Assembly: GCA_013373375.1 (NCBI GenBank)
Contig: JABXHY010000018.1
Span: 43,113 to 107,112 of the forward strand
DNA: 64,000 nucleotides
Direction: 5' to 3'
Source: Gammaproteobacteria bacterium
GTDB taxonomy: Bacteria; Pseudomonadota; Gammaproteobacteria; Enterobacterales; Kangiellaceae
In this document: one piece after another, positions 62,773 to 64,000 of the stretch
Position numbering within the stretch: position 1 is the stretch's first letter
How the letters are laid out: each line of letters opens with the position of its first letter
Position numbers and translations under genes: made by a program
The notes under the pieces: generated by a model
What the model saw: the letters and a program-made list of their open reading frames with translations, nothing else
What the model was told of the DNA's origin: nothing
Databases searched by the model: none

Positions 62773-63975
62773 TTATTTATAAACTGAGAAAGTCCGATTG
62801 GACTGTGAAGGATGTCGAGGAATAAATCGACTTAAAATAAGTGAAATAATTGCCATGCATGCTCCAATTAGAAAGACACTGGCTGGTGAGACTAACCACA
62901 ACGCACCAAAAGTGACTGGAATAATTACGGCTGCAATATGGTTGATAGTAAAACTCACAGCTGATGTGGCAGCCATGTCTTTGGGATCGGCAATTTTCTG
63001 GAAGTAAGTTTTTATTGCAATTGCCATCGCAAAGAATAAGTGATCAATAATATACAACCCAGCAGCGTGGTAACGATTTTCGACAAATGCATAGCTGGTA
63101 AAAACCAATGCTAATCCAATATATTCTACGCATAATGCATTTCTTTCTCCCACTCTACCTATCCATCGACCAATTTTTTCTGCAAAAAAGAAGTTGAATA
63201 GATGGTTAATGAGATAAAGCAGTGCTATATCGCCCACATCATAACCAAATTTTTCGACCATCATAAAACCTGCGAATACAACAAATATTTGTCGTCGAGC
63301 ACCACTCATAAATGTGAGTGAGTAATACAACCAATATTTTTTTCGGACAATTATTTTATTATGTTGTTCGACAGGCGCTTTGAATTTGGGAAACGCTAAA
63401 AACATGTAAGCAATTAAAAGTAATGAAGCTCCCCCTGTAAACAAATACATTTGTTTGTAGGTTAATTCGAGAAGGTTATCGGCGGCCCATATGAAACCGT
63501 AAACAGCTAATGAACATAATGAACCTATTGCCATTAGCTTTCCCATTTGCTGTGCTGCACTTTGTTTTGGTAGCCACTGCCATTTTAGTGATTGATTCAA
63601 TGTTTCAAAGTAATGGAAGCCAACGGACATAATGAATGTCGTAACGAGCAAACCCGCAGTTGTTGGAAAAAAAGGCGTTGCGATAACGCCTACGGCTAAT
63701 AAAAATAAGCTTATCAGCGCGAAACGCTGCTCATGAAGGAATGCCAAAATAAATATTGCAGTGAATGCCAAAAAACCTGGGATTTCACGAATACTTTGCA
63801 GTAGTCCGATGTCTTGGCCATCAAATTGAGCTGCTTCAATGGTAAAGTTATTGAGTAATGTCATCCAACTGGAGAAGGCGAGCGGCATAGCAATCGCCAT
63901 TAAAATTAGCAGTTTATAGGTTCGTCGTTGTTGCTCTAGCGTCAGTTCTAAAGACTGCTCTGAAAATTGTGACAT
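62773..63975 (-). CDS. MFS transporter
   Basis: About 12 TMs, LLQSIREIPGFLAF, GFHYFET, FMSGARRQIFVVFAGF, INHIAAV. Confidence 0.88.
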   Translation of the reverse strand: MSQFSEQSLELTLEQQRRTYKLLILMAIAMPLAFSSWMTLLNNFTIEAAQFDGQDIGLLQSIREIPGFLAFTAIFILAFLHEQRFALISLFLLAVGVIATPFFPTTAGLLVTTFIMSVGFHYFETLNQSLKWQWLPKQSAAQQMGKLMAIGSLCSLAVYGFIWAADNLLELTYKQMYLFTGGASLLLIAYMFLAFPKFKAPVEQHNKIIVRKKYWLYYSLTFMSGARRQIFVVFAGFMMVEKFGYDVGDIALLYLINHLFNFFFAEKIGRWIGRVGERNALCVEYIGLALVFTSYAFVENRYHAAGLYIIDHLFFAMAIAIKTYFQKIADPKDMAATSAVSFTINHIAAVIIPVTFGALWLVSPASVFLIGACMAIISLILSRFIPRHPSQSNRTFSVYK

Positions 63976-64000
63976 CGATAATCTCGATTATTCATTGGTC

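Noticed and set aside
1-64000. CRISPR array, IS/transposase, prophage, integron, rRNA or tRNA genes
   Set aside because: No regularly spaced repeats, mobile-element protein motifs or structural RNA signatures were recognised. This was by-eye inspection only, so short or degenerate elements could be missed.

Overview
About 40% GC chromosomal segment of a probable marine gammaproteobacterium (taxon inferred from gene content and order only). The first 53 kb are mostly conserved housekeeping blocks: aspS-yebC-ruvCAB-ybgC-tolQRAB-pal-cpoB-queEC, ndk-rlmN-pilW-rodZ-ispG-hisS-yfgM-bamB-der, xseA/guaBA-tadA, icmF and deaD. The right end carries cysG, a GbsR-type regulator with a cydAB operon, and secreted or membrane proteins. 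No tRNA, rRNA, CRISPR array, transposase or integrase was recognised. The main find is a four-gene split-borosin RiPP operon on the minus strand (2235-5607): GNAT, borosin alpha-N-methyltransferase, a 70-aa precursor whose hydrophobic core is bracketed by two prolines, and an overlapping periplasmic-TPR diguanylate cyclase, with an S9 peptidase about 0.8 kb further on. Other leads are a CvpA/STI1-like/DUF4124 fusion, a 1499-aa sensor GGDEF-EAL gene inside the ispG-hisS operon, a possible DHAP-shunt gene trio, a REC protein with a docking-type acidic tail, an uncalled 57-aa ORF and several candidate operators. All assignments come from motif recognition by eye; no searches were run.
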